Assembly: GCA_043805855.1 (NCBI GenBank)
Contig: JAZDHP010000064.1
Span: 1-30,822 of the forward strand
Source of the DNA: Candidatus Micrarchaeota archaeon
GTDB lineage: Archaea > Micrarchaeota > Micrarchaeia > Norongarragalinales > UBA8480
Direction of reading: 5' to 3'
Length of the DNA stretch: 30,822 nt
Shown here: one piece after another, positions 1-8,409 of the stretch
How positions within the stretch are numbered: position 1 is the first letter of the stretch
Layout: each line of letters starts with the position of its first letter
Program-made: the position numbers and the translations under genes
The notes under the pieces: model-generated
Told to the model about the DNA's origin: nothing
Seen by the model: only the letters and a program-made list of their open reading frames with translations
Databases searched by the model: none

Positions 1-68
1 TTCGCTTTGTACGGCGAAATGTAAGGCCTTAACGAAGCACACCCTCCAACGGCTTCTGCTTCGTTAAG
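1..68. repeat. Twin-hairpin element, copy 1 (cut by the window start)
   Basis: Perfect 12-bp inverted repeat CTTAACGAAGCA (28-39) / TGCTTCGTTAAG (57-68), preceded by a partial hairpin TTCGC..GCGAAATGTAAG. Positions 13-39 match 12228-12254 at 24 of 27 nt. Confidence 0.8.
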
Positions 69-607
69 TAATAAGCAAGTTCTTGAAACGCTTTTGCGCG
101 GTGAGAGTAAAGCGCCGTTTCAGCAGGGGTCATTTGGCCAAACGTGCGCGTTTCTCCCTCTGGAATAAAAATGGAATCACACGGCAATTTAGGGTTAGAT
201 TCAGTCACTGTTTCGCTTAGCTTTCCAATGGACTTCCCTCTAAACAACAGCGGTTCAGCTGCACCTTCAGGAAGATAAGCAACTATTGAAAGGAAATGCG
301 CACTTCTATCCAAGCCGGCAGCGAGTTTCAAAAACCCCTGCGGGCCAATACCTCGTACGATTGGTTTTGTCAAAATTCCAGGAAAGTCGTTAAACGCATC
401 GATGTAAAACCCGGCGTCTTCAACAACTAAATCTCCACTAAAATGCTTCCTTGCCTCGAGTGCCTTTAGCCGGACTACTTCTTCGTGTGGCGCCTGCACT
501 TCAGTTAAGTCAATGTCAATATTTTCAACGTCGATTCCAAACTGGGACAAAACTTGACGCGCTTCTTGCACTTTGCCCTCGTTAGACGTAACGAACAAAA
601 TTTTCAT
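29..607 (-). CDS. rdgB: Ham1/RdgB family non-canonical purine NTP pyrophosphatase
   Basis: FVTSNEGK N-terminal motif, EVQ, VVEDAG, FPG and the C-terminal SHR motif. Confidence 0.92.
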   Translation of the reverse strand: MKILFVTSNEGKVQEARQVLSQFGIDVENIDIDLTEVQAPHEEVVRLKALEARKHFSGDLVVEDAGFYIDAFNDFPGILTKPIVRGIGPQGFLKLAAGLDRSAHFLSIVAYLPEGAAEPLLFRGKSIGKLSETVTESNPKLPCDSIFIPEGETRTFGQMTPAETALYSHRAKAFQELAYYLTKQKPLEGVLR

Positions 608-1071
608 TTAATTTCACCTTCAATTTGCAACGCTGCAGCTGCCTGCTCATAAGTTAAACCAAGCACTTGGCTAATTGCAATTATTTCCCTTGGCGATTTC
701 AACCCAAACTCGTCTCTAGCTCGAGAGGAAAAGTTCAACTTCACACCGCGCTTAGTGCAGTTTTTCAAAAATATACGCAGTTGAAACATCAATTTACTCT
801 TGTCACTTGAGTGCAATAAATAGGAAAGCGGAATTTCAAAAGTTTTCAAATGCTCAGCTGCAGTTTCAATTAACGCTGAACTCTTGTAAAAATCTTGCGC
901 ACTCAATGGGTTAACTAGCTCAGGCGAGCCTTTGCGCTTTAATTGCCGTACGAGTTCGTCAACAGTAGAGCCTTCTATAACCTTAGAAAGAAAAGCGTCG
1001 CTGAACCCCAAGGAAAGCGCTTTACTACGCAGAGCGGCGCTTCCGATATTTACATCGACAAACTTTTTCAT
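604..1071 (-). CDS. rnp3: Ribonuclease P protein subunit Rpp30-like (short, 155 aa)
   Basis: C-terminal FSSRARDEFGLKSPREIIAISQVLGLTYEQA resembles the Rpp30 consensus (SS.A.....lrsPre.......lGl...eA). Directly downstream of rpl15e with an ATGA overlap, a known archaeal gene order. Confidence 0.75.
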   Translation of the reverse strand: MKKFVDVNIGSAALRSKALSLGFSDAFLSKVIEGSTVDELVRQLKRKGSPELVNPLSAQDFYKSSALIETAAEHLKTFEIPLSYLLHSSDKSKLMFQLRIFLKNCTKRGVKLNFSSRARDEFGLKSPREIIAISQVLGLTYEQAAAALQIEGEIK

Positions 1072-1466
1072 TTTTGGAAAATAACTTCGTAGAACTTATA
1101 CTGTCCATCTTCTCCAACATAGTAGGAGTTAACTAGTTTCAAGTTCGGGAACTTCTTAGCTGCCCGGTGTTCTGCACGCCATTGTAAAGATTTACCAGGC
1201 GGCTGGGTTTTACGATTCTTTCCAGGCTTCCTGCCTAAATCAGGTCGTCTCCTCTTGCGGTTACCGCGAGAAACGCGAGAACGAACAATTACAAAAGCTT
1301 GAGTTGCCTTGTAACCAAGCGCTCTAGCTCGAAGCGGATTTAACGGCTTTTCTACACGCACAACTGGTGGCGTCCTGCGCCATTTCATCAAGCGCTCGCG
1401 CAAAGCGGGGCTTCTAGTTTTGAACGTTGACAAGAAAGATTTTCGAACGTAGTTATATAACGACAT
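1068..1466 (-). CDS. rpl15e: 50S ribosomal protein L15e (C-terminally short)
   Basis: WRR..VVRVEKP..RARALGYKA.Q, RAEHRAAKKFPNL.LVNSYYVGEDGQYKFYEVI. Confidence 0.96.
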   Translation of the reverse strand: MSLYNYVRKSFLSTFKTRSPALRERLMKWRRTPPVVRVEKPLNPLRARALGYKATQAFVIVRSRVSRGNRKRRRPDLGRKPGKNRKTQPPGKSLQWRAEHRAAKKFPNLKLVNSYYVGEDGQYKFYEVIFQK

Positions 1467-1564
1467 AAATTTATACTCCTCATTAGTATTGGTACTTTAA
1501 GTAGATAAAGTTGAGCAATCCATATTTTTATAGCAATATGCTAACCCTTTTTCAGGCGGACAAA

Positions 1565-1765
1565 ATGCAAATTACACTCTCCATAAACGGCAAAACGAAA
1601 AAAACCATCGCGAAGGAAGGAGAAACAGTGCGTGATGTACTACAACGCTTTAAAGTAAACGAAGAAACCGGCCTCCTTAAACTAAACAGCCAGCTAGTTC
1701 ACCCGAAAACAAAAATAAAAAAAGGAGACGAACTCACATTCGTCAACATCATATACGGCGGCTAA
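1565..1765 (+). CDS. MoaD/ThiS family ubiquitin-like sulfur carrier (SAMP-like)
   Basis: 66 aa from ATG 1565, beta-grasp-like pattern, C-terminal GG (NIIYGG), close to an NcsA/TtuA gene. Confidence 0.88.
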   Translation: MQITLSINGKTKKTIAKEGETVRDVLQRFKVNEETGLLKLNSQLVHPKTKIKKGDELTFVNIIYGG

Positions 1766-3459
1766 CGAATACAAACACCGTTGGAACAGCCCCTTATGCA
1801 GTAAACATATTGAGGAATGCGAAATGAATTTCCAACACAAAAATATTCTACGAGATTTGCGCTATAAATATTAGCCTCTCGGCCAGAAAGACAAACGTCC
1901 CTAATTAACTGAGAGCTATTTGTATATGTTGTAATGTTCACTCCGTTTTCAATACGTGAACTCGCCGGATAGCTATAAGTAAAATTAACCCCGCCTAATA
2001 TAAAGAAAGATTCGTTTCCCACTCCATTGTTTGTAAGATTAGAACAAAAAGTCGACCCTATAGTGCCAAAAATATAACCGCCAGTCATTAACAGATCATT
2101 AGTTAACAAAACTGGGACACTTGAATTATAAGTTGCATTGTTTGTACTTGATGAATTCGTTTGGTTGCTTGTGTAATTTGAAACTGTTCCGTTCGTTGCG
2201 TTTGTCGTGGTATAATTAGTTTGATTATTTATTGCTCTAATTCTACTAGGGCTACCAATTCTCGAAGCGTAATGTATAACTAATTGAATTGATGATGGAT
2301 TGTCTAAAATGTAGCTTCCGCGTGGCGAGTAAAATGGCGCGTAGCCAAAGTAATTTGCAACAGGGTTGCTCGTTGTTGAATAAAGAATTTTACCTGACGT
2401 TGTTGTACCTAGACCATCATAAAAATGCAAATCAGTTGAAGAAGCAGATCCGTTTCCAGATGCACCAAATGCGGCGTATTGGCTAAATTTACCAGTAATC
2501 CTCGGGTTTTCACTTACAATTTCCGGAATTGAAATGATTAAAGTTTTTGTATTTCCCGGGTTCATTCCAATTCTAAATTTACCTGACCTAGCAAAATTAC
2601 CATCCATTGTTACACTAATCAAAGTCGAAGTATCTGAACCAACACCAGGATAATAAAAACGAACTACAGCTGTGTTGGGATTAACAGACCCAGAGGTTAT
2701 ATTTTGCCAAACGCTACTTGAGTTTTGGTAAACCACTTGCCCGAGGTATTTATTACACGCACCACTTCGATCAGAAGTTGTATTTTTAACTAATAAAATA
2801 ACTGTACGAGTTTGATCTCCATTTGCAAATCTAAAAGCATCAGAACGACTTGAAGCAACCGTGATCCCAGCATATGAACAAGCCGTATTATTCCCACCTA
2901 TTTGCATTGACCTCGCATCAGTAGCGGAAATTGCTAACATAGTGTAATCACTAGCAGTTAAATTTTTTAGAGTCGTATTTCTAGCCATACAAGCTCCATT
3001 CGCGCAGCCGAATGGACAAGCGACTACTCTACTTTGCTTTTTGTTGCCAGCGCAGTAAAATTCTTCAAGTCGGTTTTCTTTTTGTTTTGGACGAGAAACG
3101 ATTTTATCAGCAACGCAAGTGTCGTTAAATTTTCCACTTTCAGTTTGTACAAAGCCAGCTATGAATTTAGAATTATCACCTTGCCTAACGTCAGAATCAA
3201 CACAACTTGGACTTGCAGATGCAACTACTTTGCCAGTTAAAGGAAGTTTGAAAAGCATTTTAGAAACGCAAAAATCACTCTGTGCCGCTTTACCAAAACA
3301 AACGCCAGAATTATCAGAATGCCACGGCATAGCCCAAGCATTCACGCCAGTTACACCCAAAAGTAACAACACTGCAAAAATTCCTAGAAAGAGCTTCAAA
3401 TTCAAAGTACAAAACCACCTACAAGAAATAGTACTTAGCGCTATAAAAAACAACTGCAT
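1762..3459 (-). CDS. Secreted/surface protein with two Cys-rich modules and an Asn/Thr/Ser-rich linker
   Basis: Hydrophobic signal LFLGIFAVLLLLGVTGVNA. Modules CVDSD..LEEFYC..CPFGCANGAC and DVC..LVEYFC..CIRGCSNGVC. Many N-x-S/T sequons. Start codon uncertain. Confidence 0.75.
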   Translation of the reverse strand: MQLFFIALSTISCRWFCTLNLKLFLGIFAVLLLLGVTGVNAWAMPWHSDNSGVCFGKAAQSDFCVSKMLFKLPLTGKVVASASPSCVDSDVRQGDNSKFIAGFVQTESGKFNDTCVADKIVSRPKQKENRLEEFYCAGNKKQSRVVACPFGCANGACMARNTTLKNLTASDYTMLAISATDARSMQIGGNNTACSYAGITVASSRSDAFRFANGDQTRTVILLVKNTTSDRSGACNKYLGQVVYQNSSSVWQNITSGSVNPNTAVVRFYYPGVGSDTSTLISVTMDGNFARSGKFRIGMNPGNTKTLIISIPEIVSENPRITGKFSQYAAFGASGNGSASSTDLHFYDGLGTTTSGKILYSTTSNPVANYFGYAPFYSPRGSYILDNPSSIQLVIHYASRIGSPSRIRAINNQTNYTTTNATNGTVSNYTSNQTNSSSTNNATYNSSVPVLLTNDLLMTGGYIFGTIGSTFCSNLTNNGVGNESFFILGGVNFTYSYPASSRIENGVNITTYTNSSQLIRDVCLSGREANIYSANLVEYFCVGNSFRIPQYVYCIRGCSNGVCIR

Positions 3460-3508
3460 TTCTTCTAAAAACGGATTTATACAACTTTGACGCTAGATCT
3501 TGTCACTG

Positions 3509-4456
3509 ATGATTAAATGTTCTAAATGTAAAAAGCGCGAAGCAGTCGTAGTTACTAGTTTTGACAAGCGTGACTTGTGCGGGCCGTGCTTTTGCGACGA
3601 GTTTGAACACCGAGTTTACAAAGCGAACCGCGAGTTCAAGCTAGTGCAGCATGGCGATAGAGTTGCGGTTGGAGTGTCCGGCGGTAAGGACAGCGCAGCG
3701 ATGTTATACGTGCTAACAAAAGTGGCAAAGCACGTTGGCGGTGCAACACTAATTCCAATTCTTATAGACGAGGGAATTAAAGGTTATCGCGATAATTCCT
3801 TAAAAAAAGCCAAAGCACTGTGCAAGAAATTGAAGCTAAAACTACACGTTGTTAAATTTTCAACTTGTTTCGGCACAACTATGGACGCGATTTGCAAAAA
3901 GAAAAAACAAACAAAAAACAGCAGAGGCGCATGTAGTTACTGTGGCGTATTCCGCAAAACAGCGTTGAACACAGCTAGCCGCAAATTAAAGTGTAACAAA
4001 TTGGCAATTGGACACAACACTGACGACACAGCGCAAACTGTGTTGATGAATTTTCTCAAAAGCGAGCCGGCAAGGTTCATGCGCTTTGGAAGCCACAGCG
4101 GAATAGTTGAACGCGATAAATTCGTGATGAGAATAAAGCCGTTAATTTACGTTACTGAACGCGAATGCGCGCTTTACTGTACGTTGCGCGAATTGCCTTT
4201 CCATTTACAAGAATGCCCTTATAGCTCAGATTCGCTGCGGGGGGAGTTGAAAGATTTTCTCAACGACTTTGAACAACGACACCCTGGCACGAAGTTCAAC
4301 GTCGTGAAATCTTTCCTCGCGTTGAAAAAACTAATGGTTGGAAAAGTAAAAGAAAAAGATTTACAAAAATGCAAGAAATGCAAAGACCCATGCAGCGGAG
4401 AAAAGTGCAAAGCATGTAAATTAGTTGAAGAGCTAAGCCGAGGCGCTTACAAATAA
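3509..4456 (+). CDS. ncsA: tRNA 2-thiolation protein, NcsA/TtuA/Ctu1 family
   Basis: N-terminal CxxC..CxxC Zn finger, PP-loop SGGKDS, CSYCGVFRK, GHNTDD, RIKPL, CPY, C-terminal CxxC..CxxC. ATG 3509 preferred over TTG 3500. Confidence 0.93.
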   Translation: MIKCSKCKKREAVVVTSFDKRDLCGPCFCDEFEHRVYKANREFKLVQHGDRVAVGVSGGKDSAAMLYVLTKVAKHVGGATLIPILIDEGIKGYRDNSLKKAKALCKKLKLKLHVVKFSTCFGTTMDAICKKKKQTKNSRGACSYCGVFRKTALNTASRKLKCNKLAIGHNTDDTAQTVLMNFLKSEPARFMRFGSHSGIVERDKFVMRIKPLIYVTERECALYCTLRELPFHLQECPYSSDSLRGELKDFLNDFEQRHPGTKFNVVKSFLALKKLMVGKVKEKDLQKCKKCKDPCSGEKCKACKLVEELSRGAYK

Positions 4457-4507
4457 CTAGTTTTCAACGAATGTGGGTTTTTTAAATAACGCCCCCGTTT
4501 TACAAAT

Positions 4508-5440
4508 ATGCCTGAAAACAAGTATCCACTTTTTGAAAAGACAGTTCCACGTTACGGGTGGCTACACGGTGGAAAAGGGCAATTTTTAGCTGAGCTTTAC
4601 CACCGCTGTGAACGAAAATATATAAAACCTGAAAAGATCGCCGCGGTAACAAAGCAAATGATGGCCCTTGGCCCAGAAAAAAGACACGACGTGGCAAAGG
4701 CAGTTAGACTTGCAGAAGATTACTTCGTAAAGTTTAGAAGATTCCACGAAAACGCAACTTACCAAGGAATTGACGGAACACCAATGGCGCTTGAAATGCT
4801 ACACGATAGCACAAAAAATGCGCAGAGTTTAGCTGCGTTTCTCAAAAAAGCAGAGCAATTCCCACATAAGCTGATATTCCAACCCGGGGTACATCACTGC
4901 CTATTTGGATGCGCACCTCATACAACTGGCCACTTCAACTTATCGCACACTTTTGGAAATGAACGTATCTTTTACGTGAGAGACAATGGAACTGCGGGCG
5001 CAATAGATGAAGTTGGCCTAGATGCTAATGCAATTGCTGGCAAAGACAGCGAAGCGACGGTAACGTTTGGCGAAGTGAAGGAAATGGTAAAGGTGCTTAA
5101 GCCAGTTCGCAGAGTTGTGGTAACTGGCTGGATTTTTAAGAAAAAAAGCGTAGTTGAAGAAACACAAGAAGTCGAAATACCAAAAAGGGTCAAAAATGAA
5201 AAAGGAGAAAATTTGTTCGCAATTCAGTTACACTTTACAGACCGTCGGTATGACGACCGGAGTATGGCACATACGGCGTACACCATCTTGCTGCCGGAAA
5301 AGGAATACCACGGGTTACGCGCAAAGGTGGAAAAAAATCCAAGCGTAATGGCGCAATTGTATAACGCCGTTTACCCCTGGCACGGACAAGGTAAAAAGTT
5401 TAGCAAAATAAAAGTAGACAAAGTACAACTACCATTATGA
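4508..5440 (+). CDS. Hypothetical cytoplasmic protein
   Basis: 310-aa ORF with TTTAAATA about 20-27 nt upstream of the ATG. No family recognised. Confidence 0.7.
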   Translation: MPENKYPLFEKTVPRYGWLHGGKGQFLAELYHRCERKYIKPEKIAAVTKQMMALGPEKRHDVAKAVRLAEDYFVKFRRFHENATYQGIDGTPMALEMLHDSTKNAQSLAAFLKKAEQFPHKLIFQPGVHHCLFGCAPHTTGHFNLSHTFGNERIFYVRDNGTAGAIDEVGLDANAIAGKDSEATVTFGEVKEMVKVLKPVRRVVVTGWIFKKKSVVEETQEVEIPKRVKNEKGENLFAIQLHFTDRRYDDRSMAHTAYTILLPEKEYHGLRAKVEKNPSVMAQLYNAVYPWHGQGKKFSKIKVDKVQLPL

Positions 5441-5447
5441 AAAAAGC

Positions 5448-6239
5448 TCAACGTATATAGTTCAGTGTGTCTTTTGGCATTACTGGCGCTGCGCCGGCAA
5501 TGGCTTGTTGTTCTTGCGGTTGTGTTTGTTTTGCGAATTTTTCCAGATTGTTTTTCGCGCGTTCGGCTTTTTTCTTTAGGTTTTCAACTGGAATCTTTTT
5601 GCCAGTTAATTTACCGACCATTTCAACTAAGCGCGTCGCTGCGACTGCGTCTATTGCTTCGCCGGTTGTTTCGACTAGGAAACAGCAGCCAATTAGTTTA
5701 AACAACGGCGCGAGCGATGGCACAAGTCCGGCCATTCCGACGATTGGTATAAAGTTAGTGTTTATTTTTGCATTGAGGGTTTTCTTGACATTTGTAAGTT
5801 CGTTTTTGTGGGTTGAACTAACGTAAATTTGGCGCGGTTTATCACTAACTTGTGAAACTAAGCCAGCCATTGAATACACTTTGGAACCGCCAACTTCGCT
5901 AAAGTAACGCAACGATTGTGCAGTTACCTCGTATTGCCCTTCGACGGTTAACGGTTGCAAATCTCCCTTTAGAAAGAATAAGTGTTGTTTGTTTACTTTT
6001 TTATAATAAAATTTCAGCGAAAACGGGCGCAAGTTACCTTTAGAAGTTGCAAGCACTTGGTTTGGAAAATGTGGCGAGTATAGCGAAGCAACGTGTTCTG
6101 CTTTTAACTGCCGCACAAGGTGGTCAACTGCAAGTTTACTGGCAAACCCGACTCCAGGAAGCCCGACAAGTAAAATTGCATTTTGACAACGTATTTTTTT
6201 CCTTATTCTAATAAATGAACTGGTAAATTCTGGCTTCAA
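5448..6239 (-). CDS. PAC2 family (proteasome assembly chaperone-like) protein
   Basis: GLPGVGFASKLAVDHL, LYSPHFP, GDLQP..EGQYE, IVGMAGL, C-terminal LNYIR. Typical position after nop10. Confidence 0.9.
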   Translation of the reverse strand: MKPEFTSSFIRIRKKIRCQNAILLVGLPGVGFASKLAVDHLVRQLKAEHVASLYSPHFPNQVLATSKGNLRPFSLKFYYKKVNKQHLFFLKGDLQPLTVEGQYEVTAQSLRYFSEVGGSKVYSMAGLVSQVSDKPRQIYVSSTHKNELTNVKKTLNAKINTNFIPIVGMAGLVPSLAPLFKLIGCCFLVETTGEAIDAVAATRLVEMVGKLTGKKIPVENLKKKAERAKNNLEKFAKQTQPQEQQAIAGAAPVMPKDTLNYIR

Positions 6240-6322
6240 AGTAAAAACCCCTTGCTATTGGTTACAAAAAGAGTGAATTTAAATAAGATGTTTGAAAAAA
6301 GCGACAAAAAAGCGCTTAAACA

Positions 6323-6478
6323 CTACACGGCGAATTTTTCCCGCCGGCGGTAAAGCGCGTACTTATCTTCCTTTGAATAGCGCGGCGGGTGAGCAGTGCT
6401 AGTTGAATTTAAACATTTTGCGCACGTTGGTTCAAACGTGTATAAAAAACAGCCCCTGCATTTTTGCAGTTTGTTCAT
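6323..6478 (-). CDS. nop10: H/ACA RNP protein Nop10 (not in ORF track)
   Basis: Manual translation MNKLQKCRGCFLYTFEPTCAKCLNSTSTAHPPRYSKEDKYALYRRREKFAV: two CxxC, YT, and the HPP.YS.EDKY..YR signature. ATGA overlap with the aIF2-alpha stop. Confidence 0.95.
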   Translation of the reverse strand: MNKLQKCRGCFLYTFEPTCAKCLNSTSTAHPPRYSKEDKYALYRRREKFAV

Positions 6479-7245
6479 TTCTTGTCACTTTTTTCAATTT
6501 GGAAATCCATGAGTTCACTCGCGGAGTTGTCCAACATTGTTTGAATTTTTGCAATTACCTTATCAGCTGCTTTGTAATCTGGCGCGCTTATGTCAACAAA
6601 GTATTTCGGCGCACCAATATAGCGCACTTCAATTTTAACCTCTTTGCCATTAAGCGAATTTAGTGACGCGAGAGTTTTTTTCACTTGTTCAACTCCGTCG
6701 GGGGCAAAGCACTTTAGTTTCAATATCGCACGTTGCGTTACAACTTTTGGCTTTATTTCAGCCTTTGCAACAACAGTTATACCATCGACCCATGGTTTTG
6801 TTAATTTCTTGGAAATCTCTTTGCCTTCACTGGCGTTTTCAAAAATAGTGTACAAATCACCATATTCCTGCCGAATAATTGGAACAACTTCAGAAACAGC
6901 TTCGGGTTTTTTACCAAGTTTAATTGCAACACGTTCAAGCAACTTTACCGCGCGTTTGTCTAGATTGTAGACTTCCATCTTGCGCTTTTTCTCGCCTTCG
7001 CCAATACGCTTTAGCGAAAGGTCAATTTGACGTTTTTCATCATCAACCCGTAGCACAAGTGCAACAATTTTCTGGCCTTCTTTTACGTAATCGCGAACGC
7101 TGCGCACCCAGCCTGAAGAAACTTCTGAAATATGTACAAAAGCGTCTACATCTTTAAATTCATCTAAACTGCAAAACGCGCCAAAAGTAGTGATTTTCTT
7201 GACAGTCGCGATTACTATTTCGCCTTGCTGCGGGTAAATTGGCAT
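6475..7245 (-). CDS. eif2a: Translation initiation factor 2 subunit alpha
   Basis: S1 domain (GEIVIATV..FGAFCSLDEF..HISEVSSGWVR..IDLSLKR) and C-terminal YIGAPKY. Confidence 0.96.
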   Translation of the reverse strand: MPIYPQQGEIVIATVKKITTFGAFCSLDEFKDVDAFVHISEVSSGWVRSVRDYVKEGQKIVALVLRVDDEKRQIDLSLKRIGEGEKKRKMEVYNLDKRAVKLLERVAIKLGKKPEAVSEVVPIIRQEYGDLYTIFENASEGKEISKKLTKPWVDGITVVAKAEIKPKVVTQRAILKLKCFAPDGVEQVKKTLASLNSLNGKEVKIEVRYIGAPKYFVDISAPDYKAADKVIAKIQTMLDNSASELMDFQIEKSDKK

Positions 7246-7263
7246 AAATGTGAAAATTCAACT

Positions 7264-7425
7264 TTAACCGAGTACGTCGGTTATTTTGCAATTGATGAAC
7301 GCTTTTCCGCCGCGGGGGCTGAGTAGTTCCTTCTTGCAGTTAAAACAAGTTACTTTGCTCTTCGCGTCGCCGAACACGACACTTTCGCTTCCACAGTCAC
7401 ATTGTACTTTGATAAATTTGCTCAT
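7264..7425 (-). CDS. rps27e: 30S ribosomal protein S27e (not in ORF track)
   Basis: Manual translation MSKFIKVQCDCGSESVVFGDAKSKVTCFNCKKELLSPRGGKAFINCKITDVLG. Lies between rpl44e and aIF2-alpha as expected. Confidence 0.95.
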   Translation of the reverse strand: MSKFIKVQCDCGSESVVFGDAKSKVTCFNCKKELLSPRGGKAFINCKITDVLG

Positions 7426-7476
7426 AATTTTATTATAATACCCCTATATTTTGTTATCTCTTGTTAAGCATAAAAA

Positions 7477-7764
7477 TTACTTAGCTGTTTCAGCTTTCTT
7501 TTTCATTCTGCCGCTGATTGTGCGCTCGTGTTTCTTCTTGCACACCGTGCATTCTAACATAATCCTATTGCGGATTCCCTGTTTCTTTACCTTGGCTTTG
7601 CCTTTAACTTTACCATGGTAACCTGCAAGTTTACGCTCGTGGCGACGTGAACCCCAAGCTAATGTACGCCCGGGTTTAATCTTGGAAGTAGTGACTTTAA
7701 CCTTGTGAGGATTGTGCTTTTTGCATTTCGGGCAGTAAGAGTTTAACTCCTTTGGAATTATCAT
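7477..7764 (-). CDS. rpl44e: 50S ribosomal protein L44e
   Basis: PK...YCPKCKKH..HKV and LECTVCKKKH Zn ribbon; gene context. Confidence 0.95.
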   Translation of the reverse strand: MIIPKELNSYCPKCKKHNPHKVKVTTSKIKPGRTLAWGSRRHERKLAGYHGKVKGKAKVKKQGIRNRIMLECTVCKKKHERTISGRMKKKAETAK

Positions 7765-7829
7765 AAGAATCGCGTATTACATAGCGCGCGAGAAGTTTAA
7801 AATCCCAACGGTCAATAATCGCTTGACTT

Positions 7830-8372
7830 TTAGCTTAGTTTAGCCGCGCCTTTTTCTATTAGTAAAATAGCGGTTGCTTCGTCAAGTTCAATTGCAGTTC
7901 CGGCAGTAAATGGCCCGGTGCCTTTTCCAGATGGAGTGACAAACTCCGGAACGTCAAGTAAAATTTCAACTTTCACAGTTTTTGCAACGTTTGACTGAAC
8001 TGGTTTCATTGGCTTAGAAGTTAAAAGCCCAGCTTCATATTCAACGAACAATTTCAACATCGAAATATAGATGTTTTTTTCCTGGTTAGTCAACCCTTCA
8101 CTATCAGTATTACAAGTTTTGCTATCTTTAAACGCCTTGAGAATTATCTTCTGGCAACGTAGGCGAACAAGTTCGACAAAAACATTGCGGCAGTTTTCGT
8201 ACGTTTTAGCACCTTCAATTGAAAACCCGCCTTTCAAATCAGTGTAAAAATCACTAAGGTATTTTGAATAAACGTCTAGAAATTCTTCTGGCAACGGCGA
8301 TAACATTGACGAGTGCTTTTCCTGCAAGTGCACTTTACGAAGTTCTTCAAAACTAATTGTTTCCATAGCCAT
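7830..8372 (-). CDS. DNA replication complex GINS protein (Gins51/Gins15 type)
   Basis: Helical A domain (EK..LSPLPEEF..R.QKI..A..LT.QEK.IY) followed by a B domain (DVPEFV..GPF.AG..A.LLIEKG.A). Downstream of priS. Confidence 0.9.
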   Translation of the reverse strand: MAMETISFEELRKVHLQEKHSSMLSPLPEEFLDVYSKYLSDFYTDLKGGFSIEGAKTYENCRNVFVELVRLRCQKIILKAFKDSKTCNTDSEGLTNQEKNIYISMLKLFVEYEAGLLTSKPMKPVQSNVAKTVKVEILLDVPEFVTPSGKGTGPFTAGTAIELDEATAILLIEKGAAKLS

Positions 8373-8409
8373 TATTCTCGCCAGAGAAAATTAGCGGGGT
8401 TCCAACTTT

